Shown here: positions 51,046 through 60,446 of the stretch, piece by piece
Numbering within the stretch: position 1 is the stretch's first letter
Layout: each line of letters opens with the position of its first letter
NCBI GenBank assembly: GCA_943787795.1
Contig: CALSNU010000004.1
Span: 576,001-640,000 of the forward strand
Direction of reading: 5' to 3'
DNA from: an uncultured bacterium
GTDB lineage: Bacteria; Planctomycetota; UBA1135; GCA-002686595
Length of the DNA stretch: 64,000 nt
Notes under the pieces: generated by a model
Told to the model about the DNA's origin: nothing
Databases searched by the model: none
What the model saw: only the letters and a program-made list of their open reading frames with translations
Position numbers and translations under genes: made by a program

Positions 51046-52361
51046 ACGAGCAACGTCAGACAGGAGACCCCGAGGAGCTGGCGTTCATCGAGGAGGCCCG
51101 CACCTGGCCCGCGCCCAAGCGCATCCTCGCGTACCTCCGCCGCGGCGGACCGGGCTACCTGCAGAGCGCCATGACCCTGGGCGGGGGCACCGCGATCTCG
51201 TCCATCTATGCCGGGCGCATGTTCGGGTACGAGCTGCTCTGGGTCGCGCCCGTGGGCATGATCATCGGCGTCCTGATGCTCGCCGTGCTCGGAGGCCTGA
51301 CCATCGGCGACTCGCGGCGCCCGTACGTCGCCATGGCCGACGGCGCGGGCAAGGGCTTCGCCGTCATGTGGGCCGTGGGCGCGCTGGTGGCCTCGATCAT
51401 CTGGCACTTCCCCCAGTACGCACTGGCGGGCGCGGCGATCAACGACGCGAGCCAGGTGGCGGGCGCCGAGATCCCCGCCTGGGCCGGCGCGATCCCCGTC
51501 CTCATCGTCGCCCTCCTGATGTCCCAGCTGTACGGCCGCTCCCCGCGGCTCGTGCGCGCCTACGAGAACATCGTCAAGGTGCTCGTCATCGGAGTCATCG
51601 CGTGCTTCGGGCTGGTGGTCGCGTCGACGGCTGGAGAGACCGACTGGGGCGCGGTCGCGGCCGGGTTCATCCCGTCCTTCCCCGAGGCGCGGGGCGGCGT
51701 TGACTCTGCGGTCCTCGTGGCGAGCGGGCTCGCGGCCGCCGTGGGCATCAACATGGTCTTCCTGTACCCCTACTCCCTGGGCGCCCGGGGCTGGGGCGAG
51801 GCCCACCGGGGCTTCGCGCGCTTCGACCTCTTCGCCGGGATGCTCATCCCCTTCACCGTCGCCACGTCCCTGGTGGTGATCGCCACCGCCAACACCATCC
51901 CCTGGATGGAGGGCGACGCGGTGCAGAAGATGAAGCCGGTGGAGGCGGCGCGGGCCCTGGGCGAGGTCCTCGGCCCGACCGCGGGGCGGCTCGTCTTCGA
52001 CGTGGGCCTGGTGGGCATGGCCCTCTCCACCATCGCGCTCCACATGGTGTGCAGCGGCCTGGCCCTCGCCGAGCTCACCGGGAACGGCCCGGACAGCAGG
52101 GCCTACCGCCTCGGCCTGCTCCTCCCCGTTCCCGGCGTGCTCGGCCCCGTGCTCTGGGACAACCTGCTCTGGCTCGTGGTGCCCACCAACATCATCTGCG
52201 GGCTCTTCCTGCCCCTGACCTACCTCGGCCTGATCCTGTGGGCGAGGCGGACGCCCGCTGGGCCCTCGAGACCAAGGACGATCACGGTCGTGGCCATGGC
52301 GCTCTTCACGGCCTTCCTCACCTACAGCTTCGGCGACTACATCTGGAGCAAGCTCGGATGA
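51042..52361 (+). CDS. NRAMP-like (APC fold) transporter
   Basis: GPGYLQSAMTLGGG, GYELLWV; about 11 TM helices. Confidence 0.8.
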   Translation: MNEQRQTGDPEELAFIEEARTWPAPKRILAYLRRGGPGYLQSAMTLGGGTAISSIYAGRMFGYELLWVAPVGMIIGVLMLAVLGGLTIGDSRRPYVAMADGAGKGFAVMWAVGALVASIIWHFPQYALAGAAINDASQVAGAEIPAWAGAIPVLIVALLMSQLYGRSPRLVRAYENIVKVLVIGVIACFGLVVASTAGETDWGAVAAGFIPSFPEARGGVDSAVLVASGLAAAVGINMVFLYPYSLGARGWGEAHRGFARFDLFAGMLIPFTVATSLVVIATANTIPWMEGDAVQKMKPVEAARALGEVLGPTAGRLVFDVGLVGMALSTIALHMVCSGLALAELTGNGPDSRAYRLGLLLPVPGVLGPVLWDNLLWLVVPTNIICGLFLPLTYLGLILWARRTPAGPSRPRTITVVAMALFTAFLTYSFGDYIWSKLG

Positions 52362-53563
52362 GCGCCACGGTGCACGGTCCCGGCGGGCGTGTCCTCCAGC
52401 TGGAGGACACGGTGCTCGCGCCCTTCGAGGCGCGGGTCGACGGGACCGCACCGCTGCCCCGCCGCTGCTTCGCGGCGGCCCACGTGACCATGCTCCCCGG
52501 CTACGCAGAGGTCGCCCACTCCCTGGAGCGGCCTGGCCCGGCTGGCGAGATCGCGGCCCACATCGACTGGGAGACCACCCTCGCGTTCCGGGAGCGCATC
52601 GATCGCTGCGGCATGGGCGTGGCCGAGGCCATGGATACCGCCCAGCGCTTCGAGCTGGGCTGGGACGGCGCCCGCGCCCTCATCGAGCGCACGGGTGCGC
52701 TGGCCCTCGAGAACGGCTTCGTTGGCGCGGCCTCCACGGACCAGCTCGGGACGATCCCCGACCTGGACACGCTGGCCGGCGCTATGGTCGAGCAGGTGCG
52801 CTTCGTCCGCGGCTGCGGCGGGATCCCGATCCTCCTCCCCCAGCCCTGGCTCACCGGGAGCGGCGCGGGCGAGGAGGAGTTCGTGCGCTTCTACACGGAC
52901 GTGATCGACGCCTCCGAGGGCGAGGTGCTGCTGCACTTCCTCGGGGAGATGTTCCACCCCTCCATGCGGGGCTACTTCCCCGGGGACTCCCTGCGGCGCG
53001 TGCTGACCCACGACCCGGAGAAGGTGCGCGGCCTGAAGCTGTCGCTCTTGGACCGGGAGCTCGAGGAGACCCTGCGGGCCGAGCTCGCGCCCCGGGGTCA
53101 GGTGATCCTCACCGGGGACGACTACAACTTCGCCGCGCTCATCGAGGGCCAGCCGGGCCCGCCCCGTGACCTCGCGCCCCTCGGTGGGCGCCCGCTCTCG
53201 GGCGGCCCCTTCAGCCACGCCCTGCTCGGCATCTTCGCCGCGGTCACCCGCCCCGCCTCGGTGGCCCTGCGCTTGCTCGACGCCGGGGACGCCGAGGGCT
53301 ACCGCGAGCTCATGGGCCGCTGCGAGCGGCTCGGCCGCGTGATCTTCGAGGCCCCGGTGCAGCGCTACAAGTCGGGCATCGCGTTCCTCGCGTGGCTCAA
53401 CGGGCTCCAGGCCAACCGCATGCTCGCCAACCACGAGGAGCACGCCCGCAGCCTCGACTACTACCTGCGAGTCGCCGAGGCGGCGAGCGACGCGGGCGCG
53501 ATCGAGGACGCCGAACTGGCCGCCGGGAGGCTGGCCGCGCTGATCGAGGACCGCGCGGGCTGA
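52358..53563 (+). CDS. DUF993 / DHDPS-like TIM-barrel protein
   Basis: AAAHV, IDWETTLAFR, GVAEAMDTAQR, LH.LGEMF.P, GLKLSLLD, TGDDYN, SHALLGIF, YKSG. Confidence 0.85.
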   Translation: MSATVHGPGGRVLQLEDTVLAPFEARVDGTAPLPRRCFAAAHVTMLPGYAEVAHSLERPGPAGEIAAHIDWETTLAFRERIDRCGMGVAEAMDTAQRFELGWDGARALIERTGALALENGFVGAASTDQLGTIPDLDTLAGAMVEQVRFVRGCGGIPILLPQPWLTGSGAGEEEFVRFYTDVIDASEGEVLLHFLGEMFHPSMRGYFPGDSLRRVLTHDPEKVRGLKLSLLDRELEETLRAELAPRGQVILTGDDYNFAALIEGQPGPPRDLAPLGGRPLSGGPFSHALLGIFAAVTRPASVALRLLDAGDAEGYRELMGRCERLGRVIFEAPVQRYKSGIAFLAWLNGLQANRMLANHEEHARSLDYYLRVAEAASDAGAIEDAELAAGRLAALIEDRAG

Positions 53564-53603
53564 ACGGCGACCGCGGTGGCGGGGCGATCACTAGGATGGT
53601 GCC

Positions 53604-54536
53604 ATGAAGCGCTCCATCGACCGACGACAGCTCCTGACCGCATCTCTGGCCGCCGCGGCCCTCTCGGGCGAGGCGCTCGCAGCCGCCCGCAGGACACAGG
53701 ACGACGCGCCCCAGCCGAAGGCCCGCTTCCGCAAGGCGCTGAAGTACGGGATGGTCCAGGAACCCTCGGCCCCGACGGTGGCGGACCGATTCGCCCTCCT
53801 GAAAGGCCTCGGCTTCGACGGCGTCGAGCTCGACAGCCCGTCCAACCTGGATGAGGACGAGGTCCTGGAGGCCGCCGCGGCGACGGGGCTGGTGGTCGAG
53901 GGGCTCGTCGACTCGCGCCACTGGCAGGAGAACCTCGGGTCCGACGACGCCGAGACCCGCCGGCGCGGACGCGAGGCCCTGGACTTCGCCCTGCGGCAGG
54001 CCACACGCCTCGGCGCCGACAGCGTGCTCCTGGTGCCCGCCGTGGTGAACGCCGGGACGAGCTACGGCACGGCCTGGAGGAACTCCGTGGCCGAGCTGCG
54101 CGAGATCGCGCCGCTCGCCGAGAGCCTCGGCGTCCGGATCGCCCTCGAGAACGTGTGGAACAACTTCCTCCTCTCCCCTGTGGAGGCGCGCCACTACCTC
54201 GAGGAGATCGGCAGCCCTGCCGTGGGCTGGCACTTCGACGTGGGCAATGTCCTGCGCTACGGCTGGCCGGAGCACTGGATCGAAGTGCTGGGCGCCGAGT
54301 ACGTCTTCAAGCTCGACATCAAGGACTACAGCCGCAAGAAGATGAACGACGAGGGCCTGTGGAAGGGCTTCGACGTGAAGATCGGAGACGGCGACAGCGG
54401 CTGGCCGCGGGTCCTGGCGGCCCTGAATGCCATCGGCTTCGACGGCTGGGCCGCGGCCGAGGTCGGGGGCGGCGACGCCGAGCGGCTGGCCGACATCTCG
54501 AAGCGCATGGACCGGGTCCTCGGGCTCGGGGACTGA
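53604..54536 (+). CDS. Tat-exported sugar-phosphate isomerase/epimerase (xylose isomerase-like TIM barrel)
   Basis: DRRQLL twin-Arg signal; GFDGVE, IALENVWNNFL, FDVGN, DIKDY. Confidence 0.9.
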   Translation: MKRSIDRRQLLTASLAAAALSGEALAAARRTQDDAPQPKARFRKALKYGMVQEPSAPTVADRFALLKGLGFDGVELDSPSNLDEDEVLEAAAATGLVVEGLVDSRHWQENLGSDDAETRRRGREALDFALRQATRLGADSVLLVPAVVNAGTSYGTAWRNSVAELREIAPLAESLGVRIALENVWNNFLLSPVEARHYLEEIGSPAVGWHFDVGNVLRYGWPEHWIEVLGAEYVFKLDIKDYSRKKMNDEGLWKGFDVKIGDGDSGWPRVLAALNAIGFDGWAAAEVGGGDAERLADISKRMDRVLGLGD

Positions 54537-54714
54537 CGGTCCCCCACCGCCCTGGACCTGCGCCCAGGGAGGTCGCTTGCGTCGTCGCAGGACGAGGCGC
54601 AGATCTGTAGGGATGATGAGAACCCGGGGGCAGGTTTCTCCGTCCCAGGTCAAGGTGTGTCCTCCCCGCCAGGCGGGGTGCGACCTGAGATCTCCCCTTC
54701 CCCCTCGCACACTC

Positions 54715-57285
54715 ATGCAGCATCGACCCTCCCGGAGCGTCCGCAGAGCCCTCCTGCTCGCGGCCCCTGTCCTCCTCGCCGGCGCGGCCTCCGCCCAGAG
54801 CTCCCTCAGCTTCCCGCTCCAAGCCGCCCAGGGCGCCGCGGAGAAGCTCGGAGAGGACGTCCTCTCCACAGACCTCGCGGGCATCGCGGCCCTGACCCAC
54901 CTCGAGGCGGTCACCCTCACCGATGTCCTCCTGCCCTCCGGCGAGACCGTCTCGCTGGACCTCGAGCGCATTGACCTCGCGCGGCGCAAGTTCGGCGTCC
55001 ACGTGGACGGCGTGCTGATCCCCGGGATCACGGACGGGCTCAGCCTCTCGGTCTGGAAGGGGCAGATCGCCGGAGATGAGCACAGCGATGTCATGCTCGG
55101 CTTCTCGAGCACCGGCTCCCGCGGCTGGATCCGCACCCGCCACGAGCTCGTCCACCTGCTGGCCATGCCCCACGAGGGCGGCAGCTGGCGCGCCGCGCCG
55201 GGACTCCTGGTCACGGAGGACAGCCTCAACACCCAGGGCCACGTTCACGAGGGGAACTGTGAGACGCGCCCGCCGGCGACCCCGCCGATTCCGCGTCCGT
55301 TCCAATCCGGACCGAGCACCGCGCAGATGGTGACGATGGACTCCGTCAGCCTCCGGGAGTGCCCGATCGCCATGGAGACCGACTTCCAGCTCTATCAGCT
55401 CTTCAACGACGTCAACGCCACCACCTCCTACCTCACCACGCTGCTCTCATTCATCAGCGACCGGTATGAGTCCCAGGCATCGACGATCCTCACCTTCCCC
55501 TACCTGCAGATCTACTCGAACTCGAACGACCCGTGGAGTACGCCCGAGAACGGCGGGAACTCCATCGACATGCTCAACGAGTTCGTCGGCGCCTGGCAGG
55601 GCAACGTCCCCGCCGGAGCCACCCTCGGGCACATGATGAGCGGCGCGGGCCTCGGCGGCGGCGTCGCCTACCTCGACGTGCTCTGCAACAACCAGTTCAA
55701 CTTCGGCGTCAGCGGCAACATCGCGGCGCAGGTGAACTTCCCCGTGGTGCAGCAGCCCTCCAACTGGGACTTCATGGTGGTGGCCCACGAGATCGGCCAC
55801 AACTTCAGCTCGCCCCACACCCACGACTTCTGCCCGCCGCTCGATGAGTGCGCTCCCAACGGCTACTTCGGGAGCTGCCAGACCTCCCAGGTCTGCTCGA
55901 ACATGGGCACGATCATGAGCTACTGCCACCTGTGCAGCGGCGGCACCGGGAACATCACGACGTTCTTCCACCCCGAAGCGGCGGCGCTCCTCACGAGCGC
56001 GTCCGAGAACTGCAACGCGGCCATCTTCGAGGTGCAGGTGACCGCGCCCGAGGTTGTCTCTGACCTCTCGCCGACCCAGACCATGATCCAGGCCGTCGTC
56101 GGCTCGATCGCGTCGGCGACCATGAACTACCGCATGTCGGGCTCGACGACGTCGACGCCCGTGCCCATGACCCCCATGGGCAGCGGGGCCTTCATCGCCG
56201 ACATCCCCGCGGTCCAGTGCGGCCTCACCGTCGAGTACTGGTTCGACATCGACATCACCGGCGTGGGCTCCACGGCGGCGCCCGCGGGTGCCCCGAACGA
56301 GTTCTACAGCGCGGTCGGCGGGATCGAGACCGTGCTCTTCGCGGATGACTTCGAGACGAATCAGGGCTGGACCGAGGCGAACCTCGGCGCGAGCTCCGGT
56401 GACTGGGAGCGCGGCGTCCCCGTGAACGACCCGAACTGGGCCTACGATCCCGCGTCCGACTTCGACGGCTCCGGCAGCTGCTACCTCACCCAGAACCAGT
56501 CCGGCAACACGGACGTCGACGGCGGCGCCGTGGAGCTGGTCTCCCCGGCGATCGACCTGAGCATCCCGGGCTCGACCCTGAGCTACGCCTACTACCTGCG
56601 CCTGACCGACGCCAACGGCGTGGACCGGTTGCTCGTCGAGGCGAGCTCCGCTGGCGGCCCCTTCATCGAGGTGACCCGTCACGACACCGACGGCGGCGCC
56701 GACTGGCGTACCTCGACCCTGACCCAGGCCGACTTCCTGGCCGCCGGCGTCACGCCCGGCCCGCAGGTCCGGCTCCGCTTCACCGCCAACGATGACAACC
56801 CGCAGAGCATCGTCGAGGCTGGCCTCGACGCCCTCACCGTGCGCGCCATCGACTGCGGCGCGGTCGGTACGGTGTACTGCGATCCGGCGGCGCTGAACTC
56901 GACGGGCAGCCCGGCGACGATCACGGCCGAGGGCAGCAGCCTGGTCGCGGACAACGACGTCACCCTGACCATCGAGTCTCTCCCCGCCAACACGGTGGGG
57001 TACTTCCTGACGTCCCAGACCCAGGGCTTCACGCCCAACGCGGGCGGCAGTCAGGGCAACCTGTGCCTCGGCGGGAGCATCGGCCGGTACATCAGCTCCG
57101 TGCTCAGCTCGGGACCCTCGGGGACCTACTCGCTCCAGCTCGACCTGACGGCCGTCCCCCAGCCCACGGGCTTCGTCGGGGTGACCGCGGGTGAGACCTG
57201 GAACTTCCAGTCCTGGTACCGGGACCAGCTCCTCGGCTTCCCCAGCTCCAACTTCACCGAGGCCATCGAGATCCTCTTCCAGTAA
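54715..57285 (+). CDS. Secreted M12/reprolysin-like metallopeptidase with Ig-like, MAM-like and conserved C-terminal domains
   Basis: HEIGHNFSSPHTH, Met-turn GTIMSYCH, FADDFE...W.RG.P, C-terminal GTVYC...GETWNFQSWYRD...ILFQ. Confidence 0.9.
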   Translation: MQHRPSRSVRRALLLAAPVLLAGAASAQSSLSFPLQAAQGAAEKLGEDVLSTDLAGIAALTHLEAVTLTDVLLPSGETVSLDLERIDLARRKFGVHVDGVLIPGITDGLSLSVWKGQIAGDEHSDVMLGFSSTGSRGWIRTRHELVHLLAMPHEGGSWRAAPGLLVTEDSLNTQGHVHEGNCETRPPATPPIPRPFQSGPSTAQMVTMDSVSLRECPIAMETDFQLYQLFNDVNATTSYLTTLLSFISDRYESQASTILTFPYLQIYSNSNDPWSTPENGGNSIDMLNEFVGAWQGNVPAGATLGHMMSGAGLGGGVAYLDVLCNNQFNFGVSGNIAAQVNFPVVQQPSNWDFMVVAHEIGHNFSSPHTHDFCPPLDECAPNGYFGSCQTSQVCSNMGTIMSYCHLCSGGTGNITTFFHPEAAALLTSASENCNAAIFEVQVTAPEVVSDLSPTQTMIQAVVGSIASATMNYRMSGSTTSTPVPMTPMGSGAFIADIPAVQCGLTVEYWFDIDITGVGSTAAPAGAPNEFYSAVGGIETVLFADDFETNQGWTEANLGASSGDWERGVPVNDPNWAYDPASDFDGSGSCYLTQNQSGNTDVDGGAVELVSPAIDLSIPGSTLSYAYYLRLTDANGVDRLLVEASSAGGPFIEVTRHDTDGGADWRTSTLTQADFLAAGVTPGPQVRLRFTANDDNPQSIVEAGLDALTVRAIDCGAVGTVYCDPAALNSTGSPATITAEGSSLVADNDVTLTIESLPANTVGYFLTSQTQGFTPNAGGSQGNLCLGGSIGRYISSVLSSGPSGTYSLQLDLTAVPQPTGFVGVTAGETWNFQSWYRDQLLGFPSSNFTEAIEILFQ

Positions 57286-57383
57286 GAGGCCGATCGAGAG
57301 CCATGCAGCCCGCGTCCGCGGCCGCCCCCTGGAGCGGCTCGCTGGCGCGGGCTCCTTCGTGCCCTCCGTCCTGGCGCCGGCGG

Positions 57384-57995
57384 CTACCGTTCGCCCGCGT
57401 TGGAGCGTCCCTCGAAGGCCTCTCTCCAGTGCCCCCGACAGAGGGACAGGTAGGTCTCGTTGCCGCCGATCTGGACCTGCTCGCCGGTGGTCATCACGTT
57501 GCCCGCGCCGTCCTTGCGGATGACCATGGTGGCCTTGCGGCCGCAGTGGCAGATCGTGCGGATCTCGCGCATGGAGTCCGCCAGCGCGAGGAGCGCCGCG
57601 GAGCCAGGGAAGGGCTCCCCGCGGAAGTCCACCCGGAGGCCGTAGGTCATGATCGGGACGCCGAGGTCGTCGGCTGCTCGCGCCAGCTGCCAGACCTGCT
57701 CGGGGGTCAAGAACTGCGCCTCGTCGATGAGGACGCAGGCGATCGGGTCCGCCTCTCCGCGCGCCTGGATCTCGTCCTCGATGACGAAGAAGAGGTCCTC
57801 GCCCGGGCGATAGGTTCGCGCGGCGGTGTCGATGCCGATCCTGCTCGTGACGCGGCTCTCGCCGCCGCGGCCGTCCAGAGCGGCCGTCATCACGAGGGTG
57901 CCCATCCCGCGTTCGCGGTAGTTGTAGTCGGCCTGCAGGAGCACGGTCGACTTGCCCGCGTTCATGGTCGAGTAGTTGAAGTAGAGCTTGGCCAT
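57384..57995 (-). CDS. tdk: Thymidine kinase
   Basis: YSTMNAGKST, SRIG, IDEAQFL, YGLRVDF, CHCGRKA, Y.SLCR. Confidence 0.96.
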   Translation of the reverse strand: MAKLYFNYSTMNAGKSTVLLQADYNYRERGMGTLVMTAALDGRGGESRVTSRIGIDTAARTYRPGEDLFFVIEDEIQARGEADPIACVLIDEAQFLTPEQVWQLARAADDLGVPIMTYGLRVDFRGEPFPGSAALLALADSMREIRTICHCGRKATMVIRKDGAGNVMTTGEQVQIGGNETYLSLCRGHWREAFEGRSNAGER

Positions 57996-58004
57996 GGTCC
58001 GGGC

Positions 58005-58610
58005 TCAGCGCCTCGCGACCGCATCTGCGATCTCGTTCACTGCGGAGGCGAGGGCCTTCGAGGCCGCCGAGGCCTCGGCGGCGGCGCCGCCGTCCACGAC
58101 CGGCGCCCGCCCCTCAAAGCGACGGTCCAGCTGGACGCCCTCGCTGTCCTCGGTCAGGACGAGCAATGCGACCACCGCCGTCGGCGTGTCCGCGCTCTCG
58201 ATCTCGAGACGAACGAGCTCCACCTGCAACCGGGTGGTGGACGCGCGCTTGAGGGAACGCTGACGGTACAGGGCCTCCTCCAACGCGCGACGGGTCACGG
58301 CGGCGGGATCCTCGGTCCAGCGCGAGTAGTCGTCGTAGCTGACCTCATGGGGCGCGGTGCGGCGCATGAGCCGTTCGGTGATGGCCTCCGAGGCCGCCAC
58401 GCGGCCCAGGCTCACGCTGTCCCGCTTCAGCCCGCGGTCCGAGACGCCGTCGGGAACGCCGTCCGGCGAATCTCCGGGGGACACCGCCTCGGCCGCGGGG
58501 TTGAGGTCCAGCCAGCGGACCTGCGGCGCCGCCTCCGGCTTGAGGTCAAGGCAAGCGGGGGTGAGGAGCGCGGCCATGAGGGCCGCGATGATCCGATGGG
58601 ATTGCTTCAT
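58005..58610 (-). CDS. PqiC-like ABC auxiliary lipoprotein
   Basis: LTPAC lipobox; Y.RW.E.P motif; last gene of an MCE operon. Confidence 0.75.
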   Translation of the reverse strand: MKQSHRIIAALMAALLTPACLDLKPEAAPQVRWLDLNPAAEAVSPGDSPDGVPDGVSDRGLKRDSVSLGRVAASEAITERLMRRTAPHEVSYDDYSRWTEDPAAVTRRALEEALYRQRSLKRASTTRLQVELVRLEIESADTPTAVVALLVLTEDSEGVQLDRRFEGRAPVVDGGAAAEASAASKALASAVNEIADAVARR

Positions 58611-58629
58611 GTTGGTTCTGGGGTACCGC

Positions 58630-59703
58630 TCAGCGGGAGGGCCCTTTCGAGCGGCCGCGCAGCAAGACGCCGGGGTCCCGATCAATAAGCCCGGTGAGCT
58701 CCTCGATCTTCTTCAGGGCTCGACGGAGCTCCACGAGCGTCGCCGTCAGCTCGGCGCCCGTGGGCTCGTAGCTCCTCGCGAGCGCGGTGGTCGAGTCCGC
58801 GGCCCCGCGGAGCGAGGCCGCTGTCGCCGCCAGGTCCGCGTCACGGAGCATGGTCTCTGTGGACTTGAGGGCACCGTCCGCGGCGCCAACGAGCGTCCGC
58901 ACGTCCGCGATCAAGGACCGGAAGTCCTCGGCTCCCTTCTCGACGACGCCCTCTGTGCCGGTGAGCTTGACGAGCGCGACGTCCAGGTCCCCGACGAACG
59001 TCCGCAGCTCCTGGACCAGCGCCTCGGTCTCGCCCATCAGCTTGGAGGGGTCCGCCCGGTCGAGCGTGACGCTGAGATCCTCTGCCGCCTTGGAGATCGA
59101 CGAGGAGAGGCGCTCCGCGTCGATGGCGGTGAGCTTGCTGTCCACCGTCATCGTGAGGCGCCGGAAGTCGGAGAGCGCCATCGGCACCTCCTCCGCGAGA
59201 CCGCGGAGCGCGTCCTCGAGGCTCTTCAGCGTGGAGGGCGTGGCCGGGACGAAGCCAGGGGGCGGATCGAAGGGGATGTGAATCATGGGCGCCGTCTCCG
59301 GGAAGAAGTCGGCCTCCAGGAACTTGATCCCCGTGATGCCCTGGGAGGCCATGGTGAACCTCAGGTCCATGGGCACGTCGGGGAGCTCACCGTCCGCCTG
59401 CTCATCGCTGTCCAGGACGTTCAGCGACCTCATGGCCTCGACGCGCAGGCTGGCGTGGACCTCGACCAGGCGCCGATCCTTGGCCAGCCGGATGTCCGTC
59501 ACCTTGCCGATCGTCACCCCACGGACCTTCACCGGGGCGCCGACCTCGAGCCCCTGGACCGACTCGTCCAGGAAGGTCACGCGCTCGATCGTCTCCGAGT
59601 TGAAGCGCGCGGCTCCCAGCCAGAAGAGCGTCGCGACGGCGGCGATCACGCCGCCGACCACGAAGGCTCCGACCTTCCACTCGTTGGAACGGTTGACACT
59701 CAT
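58630..59703 (-). CDS. MlaD/MCE family protein with long helical C-terminus
   Basis: VG.FV, ESVQGLEVGAPVKVRGVTIGKV, QGITG. Confidence 0.9.
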   Translation of the reverse strand: MSVNRSNEWKVGAFVVGGVIAAVATLFWLGAARFNSETIERVTFLDESVQGLEVGAPVKVRGVTIGKVTDIRLAKDRRLVEVHASLRVEAMRSLNVLDSDEQADGELPDVPMDLRFTMASQGITGIKFLEADFFPETAPMIHIPFDPPPGFVPATPSTLKSLEDALRGLAEEVPMALSDFRRLTMTVDSKLTAIDAERLSSSISKAAEDLSVTLDRADPSKLMGETEALVQELRTFVGDLDVALVKLTGTEGVVEKGAEDFRSLIADVRTLVGAADGALKSTETMLRDADLAATAASLRGAADSTTALARSYEPTGAELTATLVELRRALKKIEELTGLIDRDPGVLLRGRSKGPSR

Positions 59704-60446
59704 GCGGTCACCTCTTCGGCCACAGATTCCCGATGGAAGAACGCGCGCACCCTTGGGTCCGTGCTCTCGTCGCGGAGGACGCGGGGGTCGCCCTCGGCGA
59801 TGATGCCGCGCGTGTCGCGGTCGAGGAGGAAGCAGCGCGTACCGATGCGATAGATGCTCTCAAGTTCGTGGGTCACGACGACGAGGGTCAGGCCCAGGGC
59901 CCGGTTGAGGGTCAGGAGGAGATCATCGAGCTCGGAGGCCGTCACCGGGTCGAGCCCTGCGGACGGCTCATCCAGGAAGAGCAGGTCGTTCTCGAGGGCC
60001 AGCGCGCGCGCGATCCCCGCCCGCTTCAGCATCCCGCCCGAGAGTTCAGAGGGTAGGTGATTGGCCGCCTGCTCCAGCCCGACCAGGCGCAGCTTTCCAG
60101 CCACGATCCCCTCGATGGTGGCGTCATCCAGGTCCGTCCACTGCTCGAGGGGGAGGGCCACGTTCTGCGCGATGGTCATCGAGCCAAACAGGGCGCCGGC
60201 CTGGAAGCTCACGCCGAAGCGGGGGCGCTTTCCGTCAAGGAGCGAGGGGTCCCCCACCCCCTCCAGCTCCACGGAGCCGCCGAGGGGGGGCTGGAGACCG
60301 ATCATGGTCCGCAGCATGGTCGACTTCCCCGTCCCTGAGCCACCGAGCACGAGGAAGACATCCCCACGCTCAATGTCGAAGTTGAGGTGCTCCATCAGCG
60401 GCTTGGTGTAGCCGATGGTCAGGTCTCTCGCCTCGATCATGGCCAT
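59700..60446 (-). CDS. MlaF-type ABC ATP-binding protein
   Basis: GGSGTGKST, LSGGM.KRAG.ARAL, DEPSAGLDP, VTHE. Confidence 0.92.
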   Translation of the reverse strand: MAMIEARDLTIGYTKPLMEHLNFDIERGDVFLVLGGSGTGKSTMLRTMIGLQPPLGGSVELEGVGDPSLLDGKRPRFGVSFQAGALFGSMTIAQNVALPLEQWTDLDDATIEGIVAGKLRLVGLEQAANHLPSELSGGMLKRAGIARALALENDLLFLDEPSAGLDPVTASELDDLLLTLNRALGLTLVVVTHELESIYRIGTRCFLLDRDTRGIIAEGDPRVLRDESTDPRVRAFFHRESVAEEVTA

